Positions 13,234 through 28,193 of a DNA stretch of 64,000 nt are shown here, piece after piece; positions within the stretch are counted from its first letter, which is position 1; every line of letters starts with the position of its first letter. The stretch is from assembly GCF_964204645.1 (NCBI RefSeq), contig NC_134025.1, positions 7,130,001-7,194,000 of the forward strand. Reading direction: 5' to 3'. A program made the translations under genes and the position numbers. This DNA is from Tubulanus polymorphus (lineage: Eukaryota; Animalia; Nemertea). The notes beneath the pieces are model-generated. The model saw only the letters and a program-made list of their open reading frames with translations, had not been told where the DNA came from and searched no databases.

Positions 13234-16200
13234 TTAGGTGAACGGGGAGACGTTGGTCCTTCGTCCTAATCCACAACAAAAATCCGTTCATTTTAGACTT
13301 GGATTTTAGATTTCCTTGGATAGTTTAGCGACAACGAAACCCGAGTTTTACATTTCCATGATGTAGATAATTTTTGTCGAAACAACCCCATAAAAAACAG
13401 TGATATTGACACCAGAATGAATGTACGTGGGAAAATGTTTGCACGCAGTATAGCGGAAACATGATGAATAATTAAGAATTATTTTACAAAAATGACAGTT
13501 TGAGATTCTGTAGTGAAAACACCGTACGTTAGTTGAAGCTACAATAGCAACATCTTCAGTTGATCTTTATAGCTCAAATTACTCATATTTTCGTCACGTG
13601 TTTTCACCAGGCGAATGTTTTATCTCATCAGATTTAAGACGTCAACTCGAGAGAAGAAAGTAGCTTTTTTTCCAGTCTCTCTAAACCACGCGTACTAACA
13701 TACTGTCTTATTTTTTGCAAGAATATCGATGACGGAATTTGTATTCTAGATAATGTGACGTATGAAAATGAAACTGATCGTTGCCTCGTGTAAACATGAG
13801 TTGTTCTGTTTCTTCATTGAAAGACTCAATTAACAACTAGACAATTTCTCGCGGTGCTTGACATATGCAGTATTTCGCGTTCTGACCGTACGTAATAAGA
13901 ATCATAAAATTCCGGACGGACCCGTCTCGTGATCGCACATGAACAAGTGCGATTATGTTGAATATGCATTTAAACGTATAGTACACACAGTATAACGGGA
14001 ATATATCACAAATCAAATATACACGGTGTTCGCTGATGTAAGTCGTATCCAATAACCTTAAGTCGACAGATCGTGTTTAATTGTTTATTCATTTCAGTAG
14101 TTCATTCAGCGGCTTGAGATGCAGATTTTGATTTTGTAAAACATATTCACGACATTGCACGTCGAAATCCTAACAATGTTGATGTCGAAAATACTTTGAA
14201 TTGAAAATCCGATGGAGCTGATAAATTAACATTTCAGATGTTTTGTCAATGATTTATCTTATATACCAAATTCAAGCAAATAATTGAACTTGTGACTAAA
14301 TGAGATGAATTCGCATCCGACGGCACCAAGAATATTGATCAAATGCGTAATATTCTGAAACTTTTATAATCCGTTAGAACAGCCTACTACTGCCAGTGTA
14401 TACTTCAAAAGACACGAGGAACGGACCCCCAAGGACATCAATTTATTTCATGAACGGAATGCCACTAATGAGCTGAATAGTATAACGTTTTTTTAACGTA
14501 GGGCTCCTTTGTAGTAACCTTTACATTACATCGGATGATCGGACTGCTCGATATGGCGTCATATCCCGAATGCAGTATAAACATAGCACGCTTTTTAAAT
14601 GAAACAATATTTCATCATGATAATTATCAGTGTAATGCCTGCTTTCGAATCCCGTGAGAAAATTACATGAGGCTTTCAATTGATAACAACGCTATACGAA
14701 AAAGAGCGTATTCAAGTGATTAAAACAAGGCGCATCTTCATTAAAGCGCTTTCGTAGATACAGACACTATACAATGCATCAGGCGAACAGGATTCTACAA
14801 CAAAAAATTGAAAACCATAACCGTTCATATCATAAAATAAATGAATATGGAACCGATTCCCTAGGGGTGGAAGTGTGATGTTCATGTCCTGGTTTTTATT
14901 TCCATAAAATGTGCGGTTCGAATATTGAAATTTGAAACGTTGGCAATTAATTGTTAGTTCGTTTTCCCTGTTTTTACCAACTTTTCAACACGATACGAAA
15001 ATGGAAAGCTAGAAATATACGGTTATATAGCGGTTTAGCTGACGAAACACGACAACGAAAACTATATCCGGTTCGTAAGGAAATCCAGATTTCGGACAAC
15101 CGCGGGTTCTCTGCAAGTGCCTGACGACGATGATTGAAAAGTATGGATGCTCGCGAGTTGGATGCTCAGTTAGAGCAGACAAGTTTGTGACAAATAATCG
15201 ACTTCCTTCAATATCATCGATCATTCTTATGAAGAGCTTTGCGAACGCGACATCATCTAGTGTCACCGATTTATCAGATGCGGAAATATGATGCGTGTAG
15301 TACGGTGACTATGATCCAACGTTCATCTCTCCGATTGAGAACTGCTACGAGTCTCTCTTAAAAAGTATTTCTTTGCGTTAAAAAAACCAAGTCCAGCGAC
15401 CGAAAATGCGTTTGGTGTTCATTTTTTTAATAATACATACATGGATAAACGGCTAAGGCATTCGCTTAGTCATCCTATACTGTGTAATTGGTGGAATGCG
15501 AATAAAGCTCTAGCTGATCAGTATTGATCTATACGCGCTTATCTTACCTGAATTGACCGAGGCCTACATGACTAAGTTGCCTTTTTTTGCGACTTTGTTT
15601 TGTTATAAGCACATCTTATTCGTGTAATATGGCGATCGTAAACTACCATAAACTAGAATATTGACAATGGAAGTCGGGGTCTAGATGTCTTCGCAATAAG
15701 CTGGAGGTTCCTTTCATATGTATGACGTCGTCACCCGCAGACGTGAATGACACAATGTGTCGGTGTTGTCCGAGTCGGCAAGAAGGTCTCTTCAGAGCAG
15801 GGAGGTTTCGAGACCGAATCCTCGTAATATTGTGACCACCTAAGTGACCAAGGCTCTACGTCACCCACACGCTCAGTGGACACACATTAACAAATGTAGT
15901 AATGTTTTGCGTTTTTATCATTGTATTTTGATAATTGAAGTCTTCAATTTAACCCTTTGTTCGCTAATCGTTCCATGCAATTTTACAGTCTATACATTCT
16001 TTGTGTCAGATGAAAGTAATGTAGCTTTCCCTATTCATTTCATTCCCCGTTAATAGCAAATGACGTTTTAAAATCATACTCTGAACAAAAAAAATCGCCC
16101 TTCTTTTAAGTATACAGATTCTTACTCAAAAGTGTTACAACCGCACGCACTGACAAGGGTAATGATACCCGCTGGAGACGTCTCCATCAAAACGAATAAT

Positions 16201-19200
16201 TCAAATGTCATCCGACACCGAAACTGTAATGGAAAACACAACCATGCCTGCTGCGTTCAATCAAGCACTCGAAGTTTGAAAAATCATTCGCATAGAAAAT
16301 TTCGAAGCTGGATTTAAAATCGAGTGCAGTGAAGCCCGAAGTGTACTCCACCATGTATCAAGATACGGCTAAGATTTATTGTCGCGTGTTACGGATAATA
16401 TTCAATATTCTTGTCTGAAGCGAAAAACTAGTTATTTCCGACGAAGAAATTATTAAACGGGTGACAGTAGATTATACTAGTTTTCAAGGTGTGGAATGAA
16501 GAAACTTAAGGCAATTTCTAAGCATGTTTAACATCATATAATTTCACATCACTTTTACCGTTTTTTTTAGGAAATGCTTTCGTTTATAACTGATATATAT
16601 TCATATTGATAACAAGTATACCGAAGAGCTCATGAAAACCGGGCAATTATCGAATGAAAAAAATGACAATCGCTCATAGTCGATTTTTTTAAAGTATTTA
16701 GATAGACCTTTATAAAAAAAAACCTACTAAAGGATAGCGAAATGTAGGATGACACGAACATACAATGATCAAAATATTGACTGCGTTGTCGCTGATGAGG
16801 GTGATATGCGTAGGTAAAGCATTCTTTGCGGATTGCATGTTTAATTCATGAGACAACCAGTTCCAGTTGTTAAGCATGAAAACAGTTCTGCCACCCGACT
16901 AACTATCGTCTCGCAGTTTCGGCGCTCTAACTAGACTTTGCACTCTGATACGGTGCTAAAACTCAACTGCTTTTAAATCCAGCCAATTAAAACGTATTGA
17001 AATACTCGCCTGAGTCGCAATGACGGAAACACTTTGCGGGCAATGCATTCGAAACGATCTGAACTTTGGGCCGTGGAAGGCTGCTTACTGTTAAGACAAT
17101 TAACACAGGATCAAGTTGATGACTGCATTATGCTGCGCTACAATATTCTACAAGAGTTCAGAACCTTCGAATCAAAATTCTAATCAACCAAGAATTACGC
17201 GATTATGACTCAGTTACCAATGATTTTAGACGGTTTTAAACATTGCTACTTTCAAACGAGTGTAAAACAAAGGTGGATCAGACAAGGTTCAGAGCAGAAC
17301 ACAAGCTGTAGCGTGAGGCGGTCCTCGTCAAAAACATGCATTGTTTTGTCGAGACACTGGAATATATCCGACCGCAATCAACGCGATTCTATCTACATAC
17401 AACACATGCTGTATATGAGAATAGATTACGAAATTACAATGTCTAACATCTACGATGTAGATTTTTTTCTATATAGAAATGAACTTGGGTCGCACAGGTA
17501 ACAGCTTGTGTACTCATTGATACCGCATGACTTCCGCAATAGTCACAAGGAAAGTACTAATTATCACTGACTTATCACCTCAGAAAATGCATATGCAAAT
17601 TTGAGGCCTTAATGTGCCTTCGGACTAATAACTGACGAATGGGTAGAACCTATTCACCCTTTTTCTCATGCCGGGATAGATAATCGAATTGAGAATCGCA
17701 GAATTTCGAACTCATCTCTTCGAAGCCTTTGCAATATTTTGAAATTCAACTACTGTCATTCACGAAACCATTTCAAAGTCTGTGATCAATAAAGGAAACT
17801 GTACAGAGTTCAATTACGTCTTGAAAATCACTTTCAGTACGCGCACTTTTGTCAGATGCAGAATGTCCTGTCGATGACACTAACAAGTTCATTTAGAATG
17901 AGCGAATCAGATGACCTTTCGTGAACAGGCTGCGAAAAAATGATGGCGAATCGGGAAAAGCGTCACGAAACGTCAGATGCTACAAAACCCTGTAACTTTT
18001 TCAACAACGGAATCATTTCAAGCCATACATTATCAGTTAGCGTGTTCCAGATCTTTTAAAACTAGTTTTAACAGCGAAATTCCATATATCAAGCTGATGC
18101 CGCTAGTTAAGGGAAGTCGAACAAAATTCTTCGTAGGTTCGTAGGATAAAGCATAATCAAAATCTTCAGCCAGACCTGTGAAGCTTGTTCTATGATTATG
18201 AGTATAAACAATGATTTCTTTATTATTTCTACATATTCGATCATCTGTTGGCTGTTGATACGTTGTACGCAGTATATCATTTGAGCTATCTGATTTATTA
18301 AGACCGAGTCATTTAATCAATGCGCACTGCAAGGGCCAATCTTTGAGGAGTGAGAATATTACATAAACTATAAGACGAAGCCGCACAGCCGGACGCCGTC
18401 GTGATTTGTGGCCTCCTATCAGTGGAAATCACTCGAAAACTCCTCTCGTAACATATGAAAACACAGATACATCGAAACAGCCACGGATTAATCAATTGCT
18501 TTATGGGTCCATAACACCAGGTGATTCCGTTCCACAGGGCAGTTTGTCGGGAAATTCATACGATCTCATGAATAGAACATTTATCATATAATTTGTCCTG
18601 ACGTCTTGTATAGTAACGGCGAAGATTGGACGCGTAAAAAGATTCTAGATAAAAAGTAGAAAAGGTATTCAGAAATTTCACCTCTTGTGGAAATAGACCA
18701 AAATCTAATAGAAAAATTCTCAACTTGATCAAAGTGTTGAGTTATCTCTAAATGCAAGCGCAACGCCGGATTACTGATAGGCGTTAGAGAAAATGGGGAT
18801 GGCGGTAACCAAAATGAACCTTCGCGATTAACCCCTGATTGAATAAACAATAAATGAATGATAGGCCAATTGATCTCGAATTCCGATATTAGTCACCGTG
18901 CATTCAAACTGTATTCAAATTCTTCACATGGTAGATTTTCAAATGCAAATTTCGCTCGAGTAGAAAAACCCTTCGGCTTTCAAGCTGTATATCTTTCATC
19001 CATCATGTAAATTCTCATTGCGTCATGCAACTTGAAAAATCCAGGGTGAAAGGCATCTCAGATCGGTAGCGCGTCTTCGATAGTTCAGGCAGATGCGACA
19101 CGCGAGTCTCCTCGGCTCGTCGCTATGTCTTCCCCGTGTAGCGACTAATTTAAACAATCAAACCATCAACTTTCTCGTTCATTAAGGAAACCGACGCGAA

Positions 19201-22200
19201 ACGGAGAAATAAACTGCAAACAAGGTGCTGATATCGCCGTCAAAATGTCAATTTAATACAGTTTATTGCGGAACGATGGCGCGAATACAAAACGGTTCTC
19301 CAGCCGACACAACGATAATCATTACCAACAACTAAAACTCCTGCCTAGTAAAACAAGCCTTTGCGGCCATGTTATCTAAAAGCGAATAGGTAAAACATGC
19401 ATGAGGACCACCTGGAATAAAGATGCAACATATTCACTACGATAAATTACCATAATAAAAATTAAGACGAATACATACAATTTATGATATGATACACTCA
19501 TCTCATTACGTTTATAGTAAAATTAAAATTAAAAATGAAATGATATCTTTTACAATATGTGTTAGTATTGTTAGAACAAACACATCACGGATACAGGTGA
19601 ATATATTTGCCGAGTAGTATGAATCACATGGAACGAGCAGGACGGATCGGGGATACAAGCCATAGCTTCGTTTTAAGTATGATCTTAATGCGGGCTAAAA
19701 ACAATGAATTCAAAAATGTGCAAAATCAATCAAGATAAAATTTCCGTAGACACAGGTGAGTATACGAACGTCACTTCAATTATTCACACGTGCAACTTCA
19801 CGATGAAATATTCATCGAATATACAAACGCGGCCATGAGCTATCCGACCAAAGTGAATTGCTAATGGCGATTCGAGTCCGCGCTCGGTTTAGTCCGATGG
19901 GATGAATGTTTCATAATTTTTCAGACGACCCGAGGAAAGCGTCGGGTTATGATTCAAATAATTCGACGTCGATCCAAACGAGATTGTCATCGAAAAACGG
20001 AGATGAACTTTTTCAGTGAAATGGATTCAGGCGCAATAATACGTTGGGTCGCGTATTGACTTGTACGGTAACAACGAGGGATAGCTGACTGCAGTTAGGA
20101 AAACCATTATTCTTTGAACATATCCTTTGGATACAGTAAATTCAAGGGAATCTCTCAACTAACAATGAAGGAGAAACATGTAAACAAATATCGATGCCCT
20201 GACATTCATTGGTTTCAAAATGAAAATTATTCTTTGGACATTGAAAATTCAGGGATGAGTAAGTAGTTGACTTTTCATTAATAATGGAATAGAAATTGGT
20301 TCTGGCAGTTGATTTAGTTAAGTGCGTTCAGCGATTCGGGAATAACATATATATTATACAGTGCATTATAAAAGATCATTTAGTTGTTATTTTTTCAAGG
20401 CTTGAATATCATTACTTGACTCGAGATCCACGTGTCCATTTTGACTAATTGTTACATTCCCACCTGAAATGTGCAACGTAAATAAATAACAGAAATGAAA
20501 AACATGCAAAACAAAATAAACCGACATGAATTCGACACCTGATAAGGAAAACAAGCAGAAATAACAGTATACAGAACGAAATAAATAGCTTAGTCATTAA
20601 ATGAAATTTGATCTGTTCTAATTAAACGCATAAGGGTTATTAGTTAATTTGATACCAGCTACACCCTCCAGGCAATATATATACCTATTGTCAGACCTCA
20701 ATAAACCTTACCGATAACTTGCATATGAACGAATAGCATAGTTTAGGGAACATTTATCTCGGAAATCGTCGTATTTTCACTCAACTAACGGATGTTTGAA
20801 TGCATATAAGACTTACGTAACGCATTATCATGCGCTAATGCATGCATATGCAGTTGCAAGTGATGACAAAATTCTGATTATGCAGGTTCGAATATTCGAA
20901 ATCATGGGTTTACGATGGACTTAACTCCACGACTGAAGATGTCGATGCTTAGGAAAAAAACGAAATGGGTGTGACTCACAGTAGGTTGTGTTACAGCGAG
21001 GCTCGCTCGCCGCTTGAGTCTTTCACAACTCGGAGGTTTCGAAACTAATGCCCGAATCGAAACGCTTTCAAATTGCATAAATGTTTTCGACAAATTTTAC
21101 ACGCGCTCAATATTTTGAAACGAAGTGCTTGCCAAATTCGAACCTCTATTTCTACGTTATTTATAACAATGGAGGTTTATTCGGTCAGAAGGCAGTACTC
21201 ACTTTTATCATTATAAAAGATAGAATTTTTTTTCATATCATATTCGATTGTAATTATCTTACTGTTGTCTTTTGAGCGTCAGGATTTCATAGATAAACTG
21301 CTTCATATATTGAAAGCTATTGAAAAGCGATTTTCTATTTTTGCTAGATTTTATTACATGGCTTACAAGGCTGACTTTATTCGTATCTAAGATATTAACA
21401 TCAATTTTTCTAAGAACTTTCAAGTTACGACGATACCATAAAATCAAGTTTTTGTTAACATATTCGTGTAGTGTTTCAAGCGATAGAGCATCGAATAACA
21501 TCATCAAAGTGGCAAAAATAGAATGTAAGTTCACGGTATTAATTCATAATCTTGTATACGATTGATGCTTCCTTAGAAATGTTCTAGAACTTATATCTGA
21601 AGATTTGCATCGTGTCTCGTTTGTTCACGCGCACAGTTGAAACATCTTTCGAATGGAAAACGCGTTGCGTTTATTGAGTAAACATAATAAAATCTCTAGG
21701 AAAATTTATTTACATTTTTGCACAAATTTATGCAATGAATAATTAAGCAACCTCGAATAGATTCATACGATCCAAAATTTCTGAAATTAGTCTTTTGATA
21801 ACATTTGTGATGCGTTTGTCATGAATTATTAGCTGGCACGAAATTGTGTGGTGTCAAACTAACGGAAAATAAAGATATAAAAAGCCCGTGGAAATAAAGC
21901 AAAGGTGATTCACACTGCTAAAATGTCAACAAATCTAAAACAATTAAAGTTAATCAAAAGTTATTTGAAAGTTTCTATAAAGGTATATTCATTACTTACC
22001 ATTCACTTCGGTCATATTCTCTGGTTTTTGCAGGCCATAAGGACTTCCGTAATCTGTGTTATCTTTTGTGACGCGTTGCAGCCCTCCTTTCACGACCCAT
22101 GTACAATATTCAGTGTCAAAGTCACACGATTGGCCTATAGGTAACAAGAACACGAAAATCACAAATCCATGCAACATATGCATGATCGCGACTATGTATT

Positions 22201-23565
22201 CGATTAAAATTGTTTTTTTTTTCTAAAAAAAAGAACTCTCCTCGCCCACGGCAAAATGTAATTTGCGTGGATAACACCGTACTACGTTTTACTATCTAGA
22301 GACAAACACTATAATATTTAGAAATATTTATCCAATTCTTCAGCGGCTATCTCCAAAATTGAGACGGTTTTGGCCCCCCTTTCTGACAGGGAAGGCGAAA
22401 ATACGAGCGCGCACATTTTTTTATTCAAGCGAATGAATAATTTTTCAGCGTAAAATATATCCGGGTAAAGGTTAGTCCTTCGTCGCAGCCGAGTAGGAAA
22501 CATTCGCGAAACAAGTTTTCGTTGAGCGGTTGGGTTGTTTGTGAGTACGGCAGAGCAGCGTCACTGATGATGTCATTACGGGGTTCACCAACAAGAAGAA
22601 GCGACCGGGGCGATTAGCATGTCACATGTTTTTCGATTCATATTCGTCACGAAACAAACCATCATCGCACGACGAATCTGAATTATTCGTTTCTTTAGTA
22701 CATCGAAAACTTGGTCATTAATAAGAATTATCTATCCTAACTAGGAATGGCGCGGATGTCGCGCGCGCTGATCGGTTTTAAAAGTGTTTGTCTTTGCTGC
22801 ACGAGCGCGTGCTGTAGAACTGTTTAGCAGCCATGCAGCATGGTTATCGCGCGCGATGGCGGGAAAATGATTACAATAGGCAGACTGATCAGCCAATCGC
22901 CACGAAGCTGTGACTGTACGATTTGCTATTCCAGCACCGCGCACAAGTCGATGATGGTTTAGGTGTTGATTACATTTCGCCTGTCAGCGTCATATTATTG
23001 GCGTTGACCCGAACTAATACCGATATGCAATGCCGGGACAGGCAAATGAGTCGAATCATGCCGAGAATCGATACACGTCTGATGGCCGGAGGGTGTAAAA
23101 CACTCTTTTAACTCGCCATCGCAATATTATCAACGCTTTGTACTACGACGACGTAGAACGGTGCTAAATCATGCGCCATGAAATCTACTGAAAACGACTT
23201 ATTTATCTCAGTATCATCTGCTATTCTCTCGATGTATCGCCAACGCTACAGATATAGATGTTGGTGGTTGTTTCAATTCAAAATTCGTCTGCTCTATGAG
23301 GCCAGTGAACTTCGTAACTTATCTTAATTAAAGCAAAAAGCAATTCGACAGAAATAGCGGGTGAAGAGTTTTTAATTAAGACCACCATCAAACGGAGATG
23401 ACACATCATCGCTGCAAAGCCTTTAGAATTTAAAATTTACTGCGAATCTTCGCAGTTGAAAGTGAATCAGAGTGCAAGATCTCTTAATTTCTTTTCCACA
23501 TCTTGTTCGTTGGACATAGGTCTATGGTGATTCATGTTCAACATTTTCGAGCAGGTGATGACCAG

Positions 23566-23665
23566 GGGGTCGTTTCACAGACAACTTGAAGCTTCCTCGT
23601 AGTTTCATTGGTATTGTGTTATCATGACTAATCGAACTTCAAGTCGGTCTGTGTGAAACGGCCCC
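23566..23665. mobile_element. 100-bp MITE (GGGGYCGTTTCAC termini, PIF/Harbinger-like)
   Basis: ggggtcgtttcacagacaacttgaag ... cttcaagtcggtctgtgtgaaacggcccc form ~27-bp TIRs. The right flank is TTA; the left target duplication is not preserved. Confidence 0.75.
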
Positions 23666-26600
23666 TTAATTAAACATTTGGCCGTTAACATTTGATTATC
23701 ACCTGCAGATCCTTGATTAGCAAATCCGCTTGACACCTATAACTCTGACGTTCAAACGCTTCATCTCAAACATCGTGATATGTCTTCATTTTATACGGCT
23801 TCGATATATCATTAGTAGCGTTATCATAACAAAATGATGCGTTACATAAGAGTTAGACAAGTCTGTCTTCTTTAGTGGAATTACTTCTATAAGCTAATGT
23901 AGGAAGATGTATTCCGAAAACACTCCAAATACTGAAAAAAGCTCAAATACATAAGTCAAATTGGAAAAGAAGGGAACTCAATTTGGATTTCATGTTCTTC
24001 ATGTTCTTTGGAATCAATGTATTTCATGTTCTCCGAGTTCATAACATTTCCACTTTTATCCTCATAAAGACGACAGAACCGAGATATGGAATGGCCTTTC
24101 TCTCAATTCATTATTCTGTACAGACACATCTCGCCCGGCGTATCATGTATACATATGCACGTATACATATAACAGGGGGTACCTAGTATCAATTACAGAA
24201 TAAGTTAGCCGGAATATATCTGATAGCGGTTCGCGAAGACTGTTGACATTCTTGTTTTCTAAGGGAGACATCCGCAGCGTTTCCCACCACTGACTCTGTG
24301 CATGATGAAAACTTGTCCGACATGCATCGCATATGAATTGTAGTTGTTGCAACGGTTTTGATAATGACAGAAGTCAATTAATATACTGTATATATTACTG
24401 ACAGCCCTGTTGAATATGCATTCATTACCAAATGACATTTATTCAGAATCTAAATCTCGAACGTCTTGCGCTACGAAGTATTTCGAGGAATTCTCTGAAT
24501 TTTTATGATTAATGGCGTTCAATCGGAGATGTCGAAGGGAATGAATGGACGTGACGTAATCTCGAGAAACCCGATGCAGGTATCGGAGAGACGGTGCGTA
24601 TTGAAATAGAACGGAGCGACGAATTAAAAACTTATTTAATAGTTATTTGCAGAGAAAAGTGAATAAATTCAAGCCCCGAGGGAATGAGGCAGTAGTAGAC
24701 TACTTCTCTTTAAGACGTTAATAATGTACAAGAATGCATTAAAGCCAGCCAAAATCAGTGTGATTTCCCAACGGTATATTAATTTGTCATCTATTCCGTC
24801 AATCAAAGTAATAACGAATGGGCTGAAAACCTATAAATAATGAGTAGCGTTCGCACTATACTACTACACGAATCGACCTCAAAGAACTCGCGTGCATTCA
24901 GAAAAATAGCTTACCGTCAATAGAAGTATTTCCGGTACAATGGACTTAGACACACAGACAGCCAGGACACACGATTGGGACTTAATCTTCTATTATGTTA
25001 ATAATATTTCTTGAAGCGACTCTTATTTCGTTGTTTTAATCATTAGAAATAATTAGGTGTTTTCTCAATCTCCCCTGGAATATGGATAGCTCGCGCATAG
25101 CTCCCATATACCTAATCTTTAGTGTCTTGCAGACCAGACATAGCCATCTGTGATCAGGCCTACTACCTTTCCTATCGCATCAAAAGAGTCTAATCATATT
25201 AACAATTCATTTTTCCAGCTGGTTTTATGTCAATACAGCTATTTTTGCTGGGTGTTTTCCATTTTTATTATCTTTCGTATCACTCATATCGGTATTCGTG
25301 GCCGATGTTCAAGGTAGAAAATACAATGAAATGAATTTTTATGGAACTTTGTATACGCGCGGCGATGTACAACACGCGACAACGTGGTGTAACTTCATCA
25401 TTATATAACGAATTTAATTCAATCAAAGAAAATGCGGAAATTATTGCGCAAAGAACACTAATGAAAACGGCTGTAGACGTGACCACAGACGCGCGATGAT
25501 ATCACACTTATGGCAGCTTCGGCAGAAAGCTTTTATAGAAATACCACGTAAAAATCCATTGATATCCTTTATATGAAACCATGCAAAAAATATCATAACG
25601 CCCTCGGCCCTTCGGCCAAAAACAAACCAATGATACCAAGACAATGGTGGTAAGTTAACATTCATGTCATGAATCTTATTCTTCAAATTTCGTGATAAAC
25701 ATTGAATAATTTAGCAGGAGTAATAAGCATGTTCACAGTAATCTAATGGGAAATGACCAAATTTACGTTGAAGTTTATTTGCTTCGAAACTGTTGATGCT
25801 TGCGTTGGAGCTAACGTGGACTTCGTTAGTTCATAGGACGTCATTTTTTCTTCAAGAAATTTTCAATTCGATCAACACTATTCTGTCGTCGTCGCCATAA
25901 CAATGCTCCGCGCGCTGTGTTTCTTGCAAGGGGCACGTACACTTAACGGCCGCTTCTTGCGTATCAGCAACTTGAAAATAGTCGTGTGAATATTCGAACC
26001 TAAAAAACCTGTTTGCAATGATAAAATCTTGTTTGATACAACATTCTGCGTATACGCGTTTCATGATAGTCCAGGATGCACGCTCGTCGAATTGAGAATA
26101 TCTAAACCAACGCACAGCAGGGTGTCGAGGAACATCTTAAAATCATGAAAAAAAACCAAGAAAATTCTGTTTTCAGTATTGGATTTTATCATACCAAAAC
26201 TGTCTTGAAAGAATTCGGTTAAGACTTAAACGCGAAAGATGTCCAAGACGAAACGTTTTGACTCCAATTGACATCATTTTCTGCCCTCAAGGTGTAATTT
26301 TCTCGTTACAAAATGAATTTCGTTATCACCAGGAAATTTGTAGTGAATTACTCCCATTTTGTTGACCGAAATAACCTTTTCCATAATCGAACGCAAGAAA
26401 TGTTTCATATCAAAGTAATGATTTTACTCACTAAAATTCTAGAGTAAATTTTATTCATTATTCAATAAATTGATTAAGCCATAAGCTTTAAGCATTGCTT
26501 TAAGGCAATCGTGTATTCCGAATGGGTTGGTGACAAAAGGTGACTTTTCTTGAAACCGACAGCAATATGTCAAAACTGTATTGGGTGTTGTCTCTTTTTG

Positions 26601-27340
26601 TATTTCTTTTAAACGTCTTCAAACTTTTTCTATAAAAAGATGCCAGACATAATTTGATTATCAACGAATATTGACTTCTTCCGACCGTCGCAGAATTGTG
26701 TACTAGCGCTCGGTCGTTTGTTCGTTGTAAGTATCTGCCCGCAGTGTTGCGCAAAAAAATCATTAGCTAATCATTTAAATACCGTATGTGTCTACAGAAA
26801 TCGCTAAATCGATTGCGCAAACAAGAATAATTCGAAATCAAAATATAGTGAAGACAGCTACGATGAAAAGCAAATTCATCGTATCCGCGGACGTGCCATC
26901 GTCTGTGCAGTGTTTATGTATTATATTGAGACTTTCAATAATTGTTCCCCAGTCTCCACATTAAAACCGAACGCTCCCAGGGGCCAATCAGATTTTATGC
27001 TTAAATTCCCGTAAAGAATAAAAGAGTGAAATTCCCTCGGCATTTTGTGATGACTCATAATTACATCTTGATCAGAAGACGAAATATTATGAGTACGCAC
27101 ATACCAACAAACGATAAAACCTCTTTTAATTGGTGGTTTGTCCCCGATGTATTCTCGAAACGTACGTTTTTTCATTTTGACAAGTTAGGCTAGAATGCAC
27201 TACTGCGGCACGGGAAGCATTACTCGTATAAAAGCAATGGCAAAGTTAGATTCCATCTAAACGAGTTGAGGTTGAATCCTATGGAACAGCATGCGTTAAA
27301 GGGGACAAGTGGAACAAGAGAAAAAGCCCATCTTCCCTCG

Positions 27341-27648
27341 GCAGGGATTCGAATCTGATGGCATCGCTGGGCTCAGCCACGACACGAAACCCTGCCACAC
27401 TAGACCGGATGCGCAGGTACATGCGCATGTTTGCCGCAGAAAACTTGCGGCGCCAATCAGATTTCTCGTTGTAAAGTCGTTGAGGCAAATTTCACGGATT
27501 AACTTTGAATGGAAAATACCTGGCTTAAACAAAACGGGATTTCTGATTGGCTAATAATGACTTAATCTAAGCTGCACTTGTAGCCAGGCTAGTGTGACAG
27601 GGTTTCGTACCGAGACGAGTCTTGAAGCCATCAGGTTGGAATTCCTGC
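27341..27648. mobile_element. Foldback / long palindromic MITE-like element
   Basis: Nested inverted matches: gcagggattcgaatctgatggcatc vs reverse complement gcaggaattccaacctgatggcttc; acgaaaccctgccacactagaccgg vs acgaaaccctgtcacactagcctgg (22/25); gccaatcagatttctcgtt vs gccaatcagaaatcccgtt. Confidence 0.75.
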
Positions 27649-28193
27649 AGGTAAACGCGGAAATGGGACACAGAAAAATGTTTCCGTGCGTCGTGTGCGT
27701 TGGGCTTATGAAACGTAGAAATCGCAACAAAAAAATAATTTCACGTAAATTCGGAATTCGGAGTTTTTATTCGTCCGGTGTGCCTTGTTATTTCTGTTGA
27801 GTCATTCTCGGTAAATCCACAAGTTGCCTGGAAGAATGATAATGCGACACATATTGGGGGCAAAATGACGAAATAAACTCTGTGTCTGAATCACAAATTA
27901 CGTGCACAATCGCACAGTTTTTAAGGCCACATTCTGAAACAGATCAAACAATCAATTAATTGTAGAGTGATTCATAATCCGCCAATATCAGAAACAAGTA
28001 GTTTCATCAGATAACTAACGCTAATTATGTATATCTTAGTGGCTTAAGGCGGTTTTTTCCTAATTGATGAGTCAGTTACATCTGTTACTAGCATTGTATT
28101 TACAAAACTCTGCGATAGCGACCATAATTCCTGAGCGATTCCAAGCCAAATCCTATTAACCTAATGCACGCAAATCTGGATTCCGAGCCAAAG

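Noticed and set aside
26231-26258. Hammerhead-like gaaagatgtccaagacgaaacgtt
   Set aside because: Lacks the CUGA of the catalytic core and has no convincing stem I. Similar partial matches near 31645-31675 (minus) and 49680-49700 fail for the same reason.
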